Below are positions 50,259 through 60,811 of a stretch of 64,000 nucleotides of DNA, one piece after another. The number at the start of each line of letters is the position of its first letter. The stretch's first letter is position 1. Source of the DNA: Promethearchaeota archaeon (lineage in GTDB: Archaea; Asgardarchaeota; Heimdallarchaeia; Hodarchaeales; Hodarchaeaceae); contig JBHLMN010000019.1 of the NCBI GenBank assembly GCA_048938105.1, positions 1 to 64,000 of the forward strand, written 5' to 3'. Under the pieces are notes generated by a model. The model saw only the letters and a list, made by a program, of their open reading frames with translations. It was not told the origin of the DNA and did no database searches. The position numbers and the translations under genes were made by a program.

Positions 50259-51444
50259 ACTGAAAAATAGCTATTTATTCCTGGTTTCGATTTTTATTGT
50301 GTTATTTGGGTTAACATTTACACAATTAACTCCAAAAAAAGCATTATCTTCTCTTGATCCCGATATTCAATGGAACCTAGTAGATGTAGGAGCTGAAGAA
50401 GCTTGGAATTACACTCAGGGTAATCCAAATATCGTTGTAGCTGTGATCGATAGTGGAATTGATTTTACTCATCAAGATTTAAAGAATCAATCATGGAGTA
50501 ACCCTAATGAGATTCCTAAGAATGGGAAGGATGATGACAAGAATGGGTATGTTGATGACATTGTTGGATGGGATTTCCGAGACAATGATAACGATCCATC
50601 TCCAGGACATAAACATGGGACTTTTGTTGCTGGTTTGATTGCTGCAGATGATGATAATGACATATGTGTAGGAATTGCTCCAAATATTCATTTAATGTCA
50701 CTAAGATTTCTCAATGATCAAAATCGCTTTGGAGGAGAAGATTGGGGTATTTTTGAAGAAGCAATCAGATATGCAACCCAAAATGGAGCAGATATTATCC
50801 ACATGTCTATTCAAGCTTGTAGTATACCTCCAGATCCATTCCACGATGCTATAATAGATGCTTATGAATTAGGAATTTCAATAGTAAGCGTCACTGGTAA
50901 TATTCCAGCTTGTGGAAAAACGCATGTTCATTACCCTGGAAATTATTCTGAAGTCATTGCTGTTTCTGCAACAAACCAATCACATGGTATAGCCAGCTTC
51001 TCTTGTTATGGTGGACAAAATGAAATCTGTGCTCCTGGTGACAAAGTTTTCTCGATTTACCCTGACACTTGGACACCACAACTTGGATCAGGAACATCCT
51101 TCGCTGCTCCTTTGGTCTCTGGTACAATTGCTCTTATACTCTCAATTAATCCTAGTTTGTCAATTGAAGAAATTCGGTCTATTCTTCATGAAACAAGTAA
51201 CGATTTAGGAGTCAGTGGAGAGGATCCTTTTTTCGGGTATGGGTTACTTAATGTATCTGCAGCGCTCGAAAAGGTTATGTTGGAGTATGATAATGGAAGC
51301 ATCTCTAATGAACCTGAATCTTCGACATCTTCGATAACAACCACATCCTCAACTATAAATGGGTTGACAATTAATAATATTGTTGGGGTTCTTGCTTTAA
51401 CTTTTATTTTTAAGAGAAAATTAAAAAAATTAAGAAAAGAATAG
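50239..51444 (+). CDS. Membrane-anchored S8 (subtilisin-like) serine protease; start uncertain
   Basis: Signal peptide; VIDSG, HGT, GTSFAAP catalytic triad; S/T linker, hydrophobic tail, basic C-terminus. Confidence 0.93.
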   Translation: MKWSQYELKNSYLFLVSIFIVLFGLTFTQLTPKKALSSLDPDIQWNLVDVGAEEAWNYTQGNPNIVVAVIDSGIDFTHQDLKNQSWSNPNEIPKNGKDDDKNGYVDDIVGWDFRDNDNDPSPGHKHGTFVAGLIAADDDNDICVGIAPNIHLMSLRFLNDQNRFGGEDWGIFEEAIRYATQNGADIIHMSIQACSIPPDPFHDAIIDAYELGISIVSVTGNIPACGKTHVHYPGNYSEVIAVSATNQSHGIASFSCYGGQNEICAPGDKVFSIYPDTWTPQLGSGTSFAAPLVSGTIALILSINPSLSIEEIRSILHETSNDLGVSGEDPFFGYGLLNVSAALEKVMLEYDNGSISNEPESSTSSITTTSSTINGLTINNIVGVLALTFIFKRKLKKLRKE

Positions 51445-51475
51445 AAGAATATTGATTATACTCAAAATTTAATGT

Positions 51476-53656
51476 TTAAATAGTAGTTAAGTTATTTCTT
51501 GATCTTTGAGCTTTGTCCCGTTTTTTTAAAACTCTATAAGTTCTTTCAAGAAGAGTATAGATTTCATTGAGGAAGTTCCTATCCACTTTATCTGATAAAT
51601 GTGTTCCTTCAATGATTGCTAGGTCAAGAGCTTTTCTCAGGGGCAATTTTATTTGATGAGGAATTGGGGGTAGTTTTAACTTACGTATCGTATCAAATTC
51701 CTTGATTATTCGGTCTTGTTGTGATTTTGAAAATTTCAGAACATCAAGGAATAAAGGTTCTTTCATGTAATCAATTATTTGGAGTCTTCCATAAGAACCT
51801 CCAATTTCACGTCGGCTTAAGAGAAAAAGAACAATAAAAAAAGTCGAATTCAACCATGCGGCAAGCAACTTTGCTTGAATAAGAGAACAATTTCGTAGTA
51901 CATAAAAATTTTTAGAACAAGTTATTTTTGAATCCAAAAAATGTGCCATTACACTTGTTGTGGAGATCCCTGATTTATCGATGAAAAATAGATTACCAAA
52001 GGGCTTTTTGATTTTTATTTGGTTGTAAATATGAGAGATCCAGTCTGGCCCAAACTTTCTTTTTGCTGGAGAAGCAAACTGCTCTGAAATCATTAAATAG
52101 TCTTCTAACCATTTTGGAATTGTTTCATTGGATTTAGGTATAGATAATGCAAAATCTGATACTATAGGCGATATATATTGTGTATAGTTTCCTGGTTTTC
52201 TTAATGATCGGACTAAAAATTCTTTTGGGACAATAATGGTTTTTTCTTCTGATTTTAAAACAATCTCAACCTTTTTTTCAGAGATAATTTGCCATGTTCG
52301 ATTTGGAACAAAAAAAAAGTCTGGACCATACATTTCCACACCCCGTACAATATCCAAGTTTAAATTAACTCCATTTTTAAGAAAGTCTGATTGGAGAAAA
52401 AGGTCACGGATTCTTAGAAACTTAGGATCTTTTAAAAATATTGTCCAATTCCATTCTTTGATCAGTATTTCCTCTGGAATCATTAGATCGGAGGAAATAT
52501 TCCATTTAGATCCTTTAAATGGCTCTGAAATACGGATAAATTTGATTTTTCCTTTACTTCTTACTTTGTTATGTTTTGCAACTAGAAATATTTCTCGAAG
52601 GTTACTACCCTCAGAAAAAGATTTTTCATCCTCAGAAGCAGCAATGATTTTCAATTGATAATTATTCAATAATAATTCATGGACACCACTTGAATATTGG
52701 GAAAGAATAGTTGCAGCTGGTAAAACGGTTCCTAATACTCCATTCTCTTTGATTAACATATCAGCTAACAATATTGCATAAATATGAAGGCCTACTTGCC
52801 CATGTAAATATTTTTTATACTTTCTTTCGAGTTTTTGTAAATTACTTCTCTGATCACTACTTATACGGTGTGTACGTGTGAAAGGAGGATTCATTAATAT
52901 TAAATCATATGTTTCATTGTTTTTTGCTTGAGTGTCCTCATCTAAAGTAAAGAATTCAAATGCGTCACCAATAGATGCTTGTATTAAACTGTAATCCTGT
53001 TTTTTCTCCGATAATAAAAGAATAAGCCGACAATAAGCAATGAGAACAGCTGAACCCATTAGATCGTGTATTCTAATGTGTGGAAATCTACTTTTTGGTG
53101 TTAAATTTCTTAAATACGCTAAAACCAACCTTCCTGAACCACAGAAAGGATCTATGATTGCTGAAGGAGTTTTCAATTCCAATAATTCCACAAGAATTCT
53201 TGCTGAACTTTGGGTAGTATAATTGACAGCTAGCCTTTTTCGTTCAAGTAAGGGCAACGAATGTTGTAACATTGTCCCCAAAACATCATTAAATAAAGCT
53301 TCACGTAAATCTGGGAATTTTATTAATAGAAGTGAATCTAAAATATTTTTTTCATTTAAATTTGTAAAAAGGACATCAAGAAAACCCCAGAGAGAATTTG
53401 ATTGAGGATATTTGCTTTTTAACTCCTCAAGTATTTTAAAAATCTTAGTAATTGATTTGATAGGATTATTATGATTAAAAAATCGTAATAGCCATAATCC
53501 CCCTAATAATGATAGTAAAAACTCGTTTTGATTATGGATTAGTGCTGGTGGGTGGCTAAAATTAAAAATAGATTTACAATTCTCCATCCATTGATTAACT
53601 TTGATTGAACTCTCATTTTGTGTTGTGAATACTGAATTTCGAACTGGAGTTGTCAC
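51476..53656 (-). CDS. Gamma-class N6-adenine DNA methyltransferase with TRD
   Basis: NYTT, IIDPFCGSG, LILMNPPF, C-terminal AAWLNST. Confidence 0.85.
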   Translation of the reverse strand: MTTPVRNSVFTTQNESSIKVNQWMENCKSIFNFSHPPALIHNQNEFLLSLLGGLWLLRFFNHNNPIKSITKIFKILEELKSKYPQSNSLWGFLDVLFTNLNEKNILDSLLLIKFPDLREALFNDVLGTMLQHSLPLLERKRLAVNYTTQSSARILVELLELKTPSAIIDPFCGSGRLVLAYLRNLTPKSRFPHIRIHDLMGSAVLIAYCRLILLLSEKKQDYSLIQASIGDAFEFFTLDEDTQAKNNETYDLILMNPPFTRTHRISSDQRSNLQKLERKYKKYLHGQVGLHIYAILLADMLIKENGVLGTVLPAATILSQYSSGVHELLLNNYQLKIIAASEDEKSFSEGSNLREIFLVAKHNKVRSKGKIKFIRISEPFKGSKWNISSDLMIPEEILIKEWNWTIFLKDPKFLRIRDLFLQSDFLKNGVNLNLDIVRGVEMYGPDFFFVPNRTWQIISEKKVEIVLKSEEKTIIVPKEFLVRSLRKPGNYTQYISPIVSDFALSIPKSNETIPKWLEDYLMISEQFASPAKRKFGPDWISHIYNQIKIKKPFGNLFFIDKSGISTTSVMAHFLDSKITCSKNFYVLRNCSLIQAKLLAAWLNSTFFIVLFLLSRREIGGSYGRLQIIDYMKEPLFLDVLKFSKSQQDRIIKEFDTIRKLKLPPIPHQIKLPLRKALDLAIIEGTHLSDKVDRNFLNEIYTLLERTYRVLKKRDKAQRSRNNLTTI

Positions 53657-53729
53657 AAAATATCCCTTAATTAATACTCTTATAATTCTTGAGAAACATG
53701 ATCCAGAATCTTATTGTCTAAATCAGATA

Positions 53730-55514
53730 TCAACTCTTGAATAAGCGAGAAATCAGCTCATTGATTTTAGAAATCTTAGTTGTATCTTCATATTGCTCTT
53801 TTCGGATTTCTTGAACTAGAAGTTTGATTCTATTATGAATTTGACGTTCATCTGATGATTTCCAATTAATAAGACGAAAGGGGATGTTTTTTAATGGTTC
53901 TTCAGAAAATTCTGCAACTCCACCACGAATGAGGCCTTTATTTGTGATCCAATCAAAGATTTCCTTACTATTTAGAAAAGCAGTGATATATTCAGGTGAT
54001 TCTTTAACCCAATCAAATTTCACTAATACAGTAGCATCTTGTGTGGTATAAATTCCTTGTTCACAGAGAGCAAAGCGCACAAAGCCTCGCTTATCAAACC
54101 GATCTTTACAAGGAACACAGATTAATGCTTCAGCAGTTTTCATGAGATTATAGTTTCTAATGAATACCCATTCCCAATAAGGTATCTTTCTATTGTATTG
54201 ATATCGTCTTTCCAATATGTTTCGATAAGGTTTAAGCTGTTCAAACAATGATGGATAATCCTCTCTTAAGATATCTTCTGATGGAATATCTCCAGGTTTG
54301 ACAAGAAAATAGGTTGTTAAAAATTCAATATAAAATCTGTGAATAGCTTTTGCTTTAACTACAGGAATAACGAGTTTGTTTTCATTTTTAGTAAGTTTTA
54401 TATTTGAACTCAGTCGAAATGCTTTATCAAGACCACTAACCATACCATTTCCTATCTCTACTACATCACCAATTCTCACAAAACGTGGTGGAGGGGAAGA
54501 TGGAGTTTTTGAATCCTTAGTTAAGTATTCTGTCAACTGGGTCACTTTAGGAGCAATGAAATAAATTTTATTACCATATTGCACCTTTTTACAAGAAATT
54601 ACAGGATGATCTAACATTTTAAGATCATCTGCAGAGTAGAGATGGGATAATCGAGTTGTTTCTCCATTAATATTTAATTTTGGGGAAAATTGACAAGCCT
54701 GCTCAAAGCGCGTTAATTTTTCTTCCATATCACGAGGAAGAAACCACCATGGCGTCGAATTATAAGGCTGATGGGTCTCAAAAAACTCTAGATCTCCATC
54801 TTTTTGAGAGAAAGGTTCCCAAGATGATGATTCTAGAAGAAGCCAACGGATATGTTCAGGGACTTTTGGTTTCAATTTTCCTTTCTGCCAATAATTAATA
54901 ACCTTTAAGGGTTGATTTTGCTTAGATTTTCGGTATTTAAAGATAACGAGGTTAATGTTTGCTTTTGAGAAAATTTGCGTTTCATGAAGATTAAGAATGA
55001 TCTCTAGAGAGCCATTTTCTAATAAAAATCGTCTTAATGGTTCCGCATGTAGCGTCTGCATCCAGAAAATAGGCGTAATAAATATTAATTCTCCACCAGT
55101 GTTTAAGTGATCCACACTTTTAAAAATAAACGGTTGTAATATGTCAGTTAAGCCATTCATACGTTCTTGCCAGAATGACGCTGAGATAAAATATTCTCGT
55201 TGGACTAGAGAGAGATTTTTCCATCGAATATATGGAGGATTACCTATAACCACATCAAATTTCTCTGAGACTGGGAAGTCAAAAAAATTGAGGTTATAAA
55301 TTGGAATAGCTGATTTTTTAACTAGTGTTGGATCAATTTCTATTCCAGTAAGGTTCTTATAACCCATATTGGTTAATGTTTTGAGAAATATGCCTTTACC
55401 AGCACTAGGCTCAAGAATTTTTTTTGTTTTGGGACCTTTGGATATTAAATCAGCCATTAGTTGAGCAATATTAGCTGGTGTAAAATATTGACCCAAAGAC
55501 TTTTCTTTTGACAC
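53730..55514 (-). CDS. Gamma-class N6-adenine DNA methyltransferase (TaqI/Eco57I-like) with TRD
   Basis: GQYFTP, ILEPSAGKG, VIGNPPY, C-terminal AFLNS. Confidence 0.9.
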   Translation of the reverse strand: MSKEKSLGQYFTPANIAQLMADLISKGPKTKKILEPSAGKGIFLKTLTNMGYKNLTGIEIDPTLVKKSAIPIYNLNFFDFPVSEKFDVVIGNPPYIRWKNLSLVQREYFISASFWQERMNGLTDILQPFIFKSVDHLNTGGELIFITPIFWMQTLHAEPLRRFLLENGSLEIILNLHETQIFSKANINLVIFKYRKSKQNQPLKVINYWQKGKLKPKVPEHIRWLLLESSSWEPFSQKDGDLEFFETHQPYNSTPWWFLPRDMEEKLTRFEQACQFSPKLNINGETTRLSHLYSADDLKMLDHPVISCKKVQYGNKIYFIAPKVTQLTEYLTKDSKTPSSPPPRFVRIGDVVEIGNGMVSGLDKAFRLSSNIKLTKNENKLVIPVVKAKAIHRFYIEFLTTYFLVKPGDIPSEDILREDYPSLFEQLKPYRNILERRYQYNRKIPYWEWVFIRNYNLMKTAEALICVPCKDRFDKRGFVRFALCEQGIYTTQDATVLVKFDWVKESPEYITAFLNSKEIFDWITNKGLIRGGVAEFSEEPLKNIPFRLINWKSSDERQIHNRIKLLVQEIRKEQYEDTTKISKINELISRLFKS

Positions 55515-55538
55515 TACATAACCTCAGAGCATCAACAG

Positions 55539-56711
55539 TTATCTTCTGCTCTCATATTTCACTTTCGTTATTAAATCACATAGCTCAAGCAAATCTGAGT
55601 CTGGTGGAATGGTCTTCTTTTGTGCTCCTTCTGCAAGAGGAACTGTTTCAATGTTCTCTCCACGAAGACAAACCATCAATCCATAACGATCTTCTAGCGC
55701 TAGTTGTGTTGCATGAGTACCCAGTCGTAGTCCAAGAATACGATCAAAAGAGTTTGGTGTTCCCGCTCGCATTGTGTGACCAAGAACAACATCACGGACT
55801 TCAAATTCTGCATCATATTTCTGAAAGAAATTCACCAAATCTTTTCTGAGGCTTAACTCTTCAACAATGATTTTTGACATATTTAACTTTAAAAGTAATG
55901 GATTTCCAAAGTCATCTTTAGGAAGACTGTCAACTTTCCCTTGGGATATTGTTTTAAAGTCTTTTTGTAACGATTCCAAGGTAGGTACCGCTCCCTCGCT
56001 GCAAGCGATAATATGATATTTACATCCTGCTTTTACTCGTTCTCGTAATACATTTACGATATCTTTATCGAAATTAAATGGTCTTTCGGGGATTAAAATA
56101 ATGTCTGCACCACTAGAAATACCACTGATCAATGTTAACCACCCTGCATCACGCCCCATAACCTGGACGACAAAAATTCGCTGATGAGATCGAGCAGTCG
56201 TTGTTATATTATCCATTGTGTTTGAAGCTAGCTGGATGGCCGACCAAAATCCAAAAGTATAATCTGTACTCGAAAGATCATTGTCTATTGTCTTTGGTAC
56301 ACCTATTACTTTTGCTTCTGCGTATCGATGCATTGCTTCAGCAACACCAAGAGTGTCATCACCACCAATTGCGATTAATGCATCAATTCCTAAAACATCA
56401 AACTGAGAAGTCATCTTTTTTGCTGTTTCTTCAATCAACTTCTGTTTTTTAGCTGGATCCTTGATTTTTTTGGCGTCTTTATAAGGATTAGTTCGTGAAG
56501 TGTAGAGTATAGTGCCTCCAATGGTGTGTAAGTCATCTAACTTGGATATATCTAATTCTCTAGTATTATTTTCTAGAAGTCCCTTCCATCCTTTCTCGAT
56601 ACCAACAACTGTAATTCCAGCATTTATAGCTTTCAGAAGTACTCCGTATAATACGCTATTTAAGCCTGGGCAATCTCCACCACCAGTCAAAACACCAATA
56701 GTTTTTATCAT
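55539..56711 (-). CDS. pfp: PfkA-family phosphofructokinase, probably PPi-dependent
   Basis: TGGGDCPGLN, GGDDT and PKTIDND (Asp/Lys PPi-type signature), MGR, LGHTMRAG. Confidence 0.85.
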   Translation of the reverse strand: MIKTIGVLTGGGDCPGLNSVLYGVLLKAINAGITVVGIEKGWKGLLENNTRELDISKLDDLHTIGGTILYTSRTNPYKDAKKIKDPAKKQKLIEETAKKMTSQFDVLGIDALIAIGGDDTLGVAEAMHRYAEAKVIGVPKTIDNDLSSTDYTFGFWSAIQLASNTMDNITTTARSHQRIFVVQVMGRDAGWLTLISGISSGADIILIPERPFNFDKDIVNVLRERVKAGCKYHIIACSEGAVPTLESLQKDFKTISQGKVDSLPKDDFGNPLLLKLNMSKIIVEELSLRKDLVNFFQKYDAEFEVRDVVLGHTMRAGTPNSFDRILGLRLGTHATQLALEDRYGLMVCLRGENIETVPLAEGAQKKTIPPDSDLLELCDLITKVKYESRR

Positions 56712-56863
56712 TGTCTTTCACCAGAGATAAATCATTACTATTCTGAATGAAGAAAATTCAATATCCTCCCACAATATTAGTATAAAAAAGAGAATTTTTC
56801 ACCTTGGTTTGAACAGTAAAAGGAGATCACATTCTCTTTTATACTTGAGTTTTTAGAGGTTAA

Positions 56864-57724
56864 TTAGCGTAACTTGCCATAACAATGTGGACAGAAAAAT
56901 GCTGAAGCTGGAACTGGTTTCCCACAGAACTTACAGGTTTGTTCAGCTCCTCCTGCAGGGGCAGCTTTTTTGACGACCTTCTTAACTTTCTTTGGAGCTG
57001 CTGTGGTAGACTTTATTGCCATCTTAGGTTGCTTGGCAGCGCCACCACCCCATTGTAAAGTTGGTTCCCAACCTCCTGGAGCGGCTCTTGCTTTAGGAAC
57101 TTGTGGTCCCCGACCCGTAACAAAGCCCACAACTGTCAGGATTAATCCAACGATGGTGAGAATGATAGGGAAAATCTGGGCAAAAAGTGTGTATGAAATA
57201 TCTACTCGGCTAGTAATAAGCTGAATTTGAGAAGGTTCTTGGTTTACAATTCTAACTTTAAGAATAAATCCCTGGGAATGTTCAGCATTAAGACTAGTAT
57301 AGATTGTAGTCAATTTCTGTTCATCTGCGTCACCACGAATGGTTTTGCCAGTTTTAGGAATTTCAGTTTGACCATGATTTTCATCTTCATGAATGAGCTT
57401 TACATCACACTCCCAATCTTCATCAGATCTAAGATAAAATGAAGCTTTTACTTGAACTCCCATAATGGGTAGGGGAGTTCTTGGTACATCTGTTACTAGA
57501 GCAATTTCTGCATCATCATTTCCATTAATATATAAATTTGCTTCTCTTCGATCTTGACTTCCTGTTGTCACATAAAATGGATAAAGAGATATTCCAATGA
57601 CTGGGAATAACAATGAAAATAACACAAATAAAAAGCCACCTAGTATTAAAACTGCTATTCCTGCTACCATAAGTTTCGATACCATCTTACTCACTCTTTT
57701 TTTTCCTTGAACAAGACTCGACAT
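56864..57724 (-). CDS. Two-TM membrane protein with C-terminal zinc ribbon
   Basis: TM, beta-rich loop domain, TM, K/A/P-rich linker, CKFC...FCPHCY. Confidence 0.8.
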   Translation of the reverse strand: MSSLVQGKKRVSKMVSKLMVAGIAVLILGGFLFVLFSLLFPVIGISLYPFYVTTGSQDRREANLYINGNDDAEIALVTDVPRTPLPIMGVQVKASFYLRSDEDWECDVKLIHEDENHGQTEIPKTGKTIRGDADEQKLTTIYTSLNAEHSQGFILKVRIVNQEPSQIQLITSRVDISYTLFAQIFPIILTIVGLILTVVGFVTGRGPQVPKARAAPGGWEPTLQWGGGAAKQPKMAIKSTTAAPKKVKKVVKKAAPAGGAEQTCKFCGKPVPASAFFCPHCYGKLR

Positions 57725-57854
57725 TCATGGATTAAATTTAATATATAAACAAGACTCCGCGCATGTCTTAATAAACTTTCGAATGTTGATAGATTGAAAT
57801 AATTAGTATTATATTTGGTATAGTAACATCCAGATATGAATACAACTTGAACAG

Positions 57855-58037
57855 GTGTTACTAATTATAGAGATAAACCGTCAGCAATGTATGGGTTGCG
57901 CATATTGTTCACTAATATGCCCTGTTGCTAGTTTTAAAGTATTTGGTGTCTCTCATTTTATGCAGAAATGCATTAAGTGTGGTTTATGTGTAATGTATTG
58001 CCCTGTTTCAGCAATAATCCCGTTATGGGAGGAATAA
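57855..58037 (+). CDS. 2x[4Fe-4S] ferredoxin
   Basis: CMGCAYCSLICP and CIKCGLCVMYCP. Confidence 0.88.
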   Translation: MLLIIEINRQQCMGCAYCSLICPVASFKVFGVSHFMQKCIKCGLCVMYCPVSAIIPLWEE

Positions 58038-58040
58038 AGG

Positions 58041-59330
58041 ATAACAGAAACATATGACCAGTTCATTGCAGGTGGAGGATTAGGAGGATTACTATCGGCG
58101 GCACTTTTGGCACAGGGAGGGCGGAAATGCTTCCTAGTCGAGAAAATGCCTTTTTTTGGTGGAAGATTTACTTCGATTAAGTATCATGAGTTTGAGATCC
58201 CAACAGGAGCCGTTCATATGATACCACATTCTCGTAATGGGCCTTTGGGCCAAATGCTCCTGAAGGATTTGAATCTTTCACTTGAAATCATTGATAATGA
58301 AAATTTCACAGCATGGTATTGGGCTCATCGTAAACCAATTGTACATCGGAATTTTTGGGGGATTTTTAAAGCGTTTCCGAAAATGAATCAACGATTACAT
58401 ATATTTCGTAAGTTATTTTTAAGTGCACGTCATTCTGAACGTCATACTGAATCCTTTCACGAGTATTTGGAGGCTTGTACTGAAGATCCACAAATTTTTC
58501 AGTTTTTTAACGCTCTTACTGGCTTTGCTTTAAGTATAGATATCTCTCAATTATCAACTGCTACAATGTTTCGAGTGTTTAGGCGATTACAGCAAAAAGG
58601 GCGCCCAGGAGTACCTATGGGTGGTTGTAAAGCTGTTACTACCGCGCTGATAGATTATATTCGGGGAAAGGGTTCAACTCTCAAGAAAAATTGTCAATTG
58701 ATTAAGTTAGAAATGAATGACTCTCTAGTAGAATCAGCGATTTACCAGAATCGAAAAACCAATGAGGAATTCAGTATTCGAGCAAATCAATTCATCCTCA
58801 ACTTGGGGCATCCTCAAATAAATGAAGTATTAACCAATAGTAATTTACCTTATCGTTTACCCCATGTTCCAACCGCTCGAGGGGGGGGGTTTGCTTATCG
58901 ATCCAAAGAATCAATTCTAGGAACTTCTGTTGTGGCACAGTTTCCTGAGAATGAATATGTAAAAGGAGCAGTAGAACCTACAACATTATCACCCAATCTT
59001 GCGCCTTCTGGTGAACACTTACTACTGACTCATCAAGTATTCTATACCAATGATATCGTCCGTGACACTCGTCGAGCACGAGATGAGCTTTTAGAGACGT
59101 TTCCCCAACTAAAAGAAGAAGATGAATTGTGTATACATACATTTTACAAAGATTGGCCAGTGAACTACGCTTGTCAGGGAAGTGACCTTTCTAATTACTC
59201 GTCCGTAATCCCCAACCTTTTCTTTGTTGGAGATGGTTTCAAAGGTAATGATGGTTGGATGATGACTGAAGGGGTTGCTCACGGTGTGAAGCAAGTGGTT
59301 GATAAAATCAATGAATACGGATCTAATTAA
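58041..59330 (+). CDS. FAD-dependent oxidoreductase (phytoene desaturase/COG1233-like); start extended to ATA 58041
   Basis: The Rossmann motif YDQFIAGGGLGGLLSAALLA lies upstream of the track's TTG 58107 in the same frame; VEK..GGR; NLFFVGD; GGAGG at 58028-58032. Confidence 0.85.
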   Translation: MTETYDQFIAGGGLGGLLSAALLAQGGRKCFLVEKMPFFGGRFTSIKYHEFEIPTGAVHMIPHSRNGPLGQMLLKDLNLSLEIIDNENFTAWYWAHRKPIVHRNFWGIFKAFPKMNQRLHIFRKLFLSARHSERHTESFHEYLEACTEDPQIFQFFNALTGFALSIDISQLSTATMFRVFRRLQQKGRPGVPMGGCKAVTTALIDYIRGKGSTLKKNCQLIKLEMNDSLVESAIYQNRKTNEEFSIRANQFILNLGHPQINEVLTNSNLPYRLPHVPTARGGGFAYRSKESILGTSVVAQFPENEYVKGAVEPTTLSPNLAPSGEHLLLTHQVFYTNDIVRDTRRARDELLETFPQLKEEDELCIHTFYKDWPVNYACQGSDLSNYSSVIPNLFFVGDGFKGNDGWMMTEGVAHGVKQVVDKINEYGSN

Positions 59331-59518
59331 ATTTTATAAGACAGTTACAATTTTTACAATCTTTTCATAATGTAGAAAGATATTTATGGTTAAATGAATC
59401 TAGATTTGGAATTATGTTATTGATGAGATGTCAGTCAAAAAACATTAAATCAAAAGAAATTATTTTTATAGCGAAAGAAAGATCACTCTTACAATCTAAG
59501 TCGTATCGGGGTTTGTAA

Positions 59519-60802
59519 ATGAAATTCCAACTCAAGAAACTATTGCTTGTATTTGCACTGCTTTTCTGCTTTATACCAATTAACTCTGCAATCATACCTC
59601 CTAATCAAGGAACAGCAAGTAGTAACCAATCAATTCAAAAAATTGCTGTAATCTTGGATTCTTCTGAGTTCTATGATTCTTACTTTATAGAGGATGTCTT
59701 AAATGGATTTGATCTAGTCAATCAAACTTACAATATTGATTACGATGATTTTCAGCTTACTAAGTACACCTCTCCCTCAACAGATGGAGATGAGACAATA
59801 AATCGATATCCATATCACGCTACCTATTATTACAATAATAGCGCTACTAACCATACAGAATTGGCAGTCAAGCTTATAGAGACGGGAGAATATAATATGA
59901 TTGTTTTTATGGGTTATGAGTTAAGACGTGAGAAGAAAGAAAATTACCTCCCAGCTCGCTATCCTGATACAAAATTTCTTTATTATGATTTGTCTGGTGA
60001 TCTCCCTTCTCACCCAGGAGACAAACTAGGGTCTAATGTTGCAGTTGTAAGTTTCAATGAGAGTCATGTCGGATTTATTGCGGGAACTCTAGCAGCAGAA
60101 GCAATATCTCCTCTACCACGAAAAGTTGCTATGATCGGTACCTATCGAAATAGTGTAGGAATAGAATTAGATGATCCTAAAAGTCTACCACCAGACCCTC
60201 GCTCGTGGCAACTTATTACAGGGTTCCAAAGTGGTTTTTTACGTAAATCTATTGATGTAGAATTTCAGATATCCTTTGTAGATTATTACTGGGGAAGTTG
60301 GACTAATAGTGCTAAAGCAGCAGCAAAGGCTAGTGAGCTAAATGATCAAGGTTTTGAATTAGTTTTCTCAGCACTACAAAATAACAACACTTTAGGAGTA
60401 ATTGATGGATTTACAGGATCAGTTGTTGCTGTGGATTCTGATCGAACATTTATTGGTAAAGTTGAACCAGTCTTAAGTGTAGCAAAAAATAATACAAAAA
60501 CAATTTTAACGATGTTTGAGGCATTTAATCAGAGTCAGAAAGGATTTCTTGCAGGAGCTTTCTCCTTCGGGCTAGCTGATAACATCTTTTATCCAAGTAG
60601 CTGGGAAAGTGAAGATTTTGATAAGAAAGCCATCAGTAATATAATGGGAGAAATTTACACTGATGTAGTGATAAGTAAAATCCAGATTCCCTCAAGTATT
60701 AAACATGCAGAGAACACCCCTGGTTTCGAAATAATGACAATTTCAGGATTGGTATTATTTTTATCAACTGCAAGATACAATCGAAAGAAGAGAAAAAGGT
60801 GA
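59519..60802 (+). CDS. BMP/PnrA-like substrate-binding protein with PGF-type C-terminal sorting signal
   Basis: Signal peptide; FNESHVGFIAGTLAA, VAVDSD, SVAKN; TPGFE-hydrophobic-RKKRKR tail. Confidence 0.75.
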   Translation: MKFQLKKLLLVFALLFCFIPINSAIIPPNQGTASSNQSIQKIAVILDSSEFYDSYFIEDVLNGFDLVNQTYNIDYDDFQLTKYTSPSTDGDETINRYPYHATYYYNNSATNHTELAVKLIETGEYNMIVFMGYELRREKKENYLPARYPDTKFLYYDLSGDLPSHPGDKLGSNVAVVSFNESHVGFIAGTLAAEAISPLPRKVAMIGTYRNSVGIELDDPKSLPPDPRSWQLITGFQSGFLRKSIDVEFQISFVDYYWGSWTNSAKAAAKASELNDQGFELVFSALQNNNTLGVIDGFTGSVVAVDSDRTFIGKVEPVLSVAKNNTKTILTMFEAFNQSQKGFLAGAFSFGLADNIFYPSSWESEDFDKKAISNIMGEIYTDVVISKIQIPSSIKHAENTPGFEIMTISGLVLFLSTARYNRKKRKR

Positions 60803-60811
60803 ATATTAGGT

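Noticed and set aside
52236-57442. Short plus-strand ORFs overlapping the MTases, pfk and the zinc-ribbon gene
   Set aside because: Antisense shadows of well-supported minus-strand genes.
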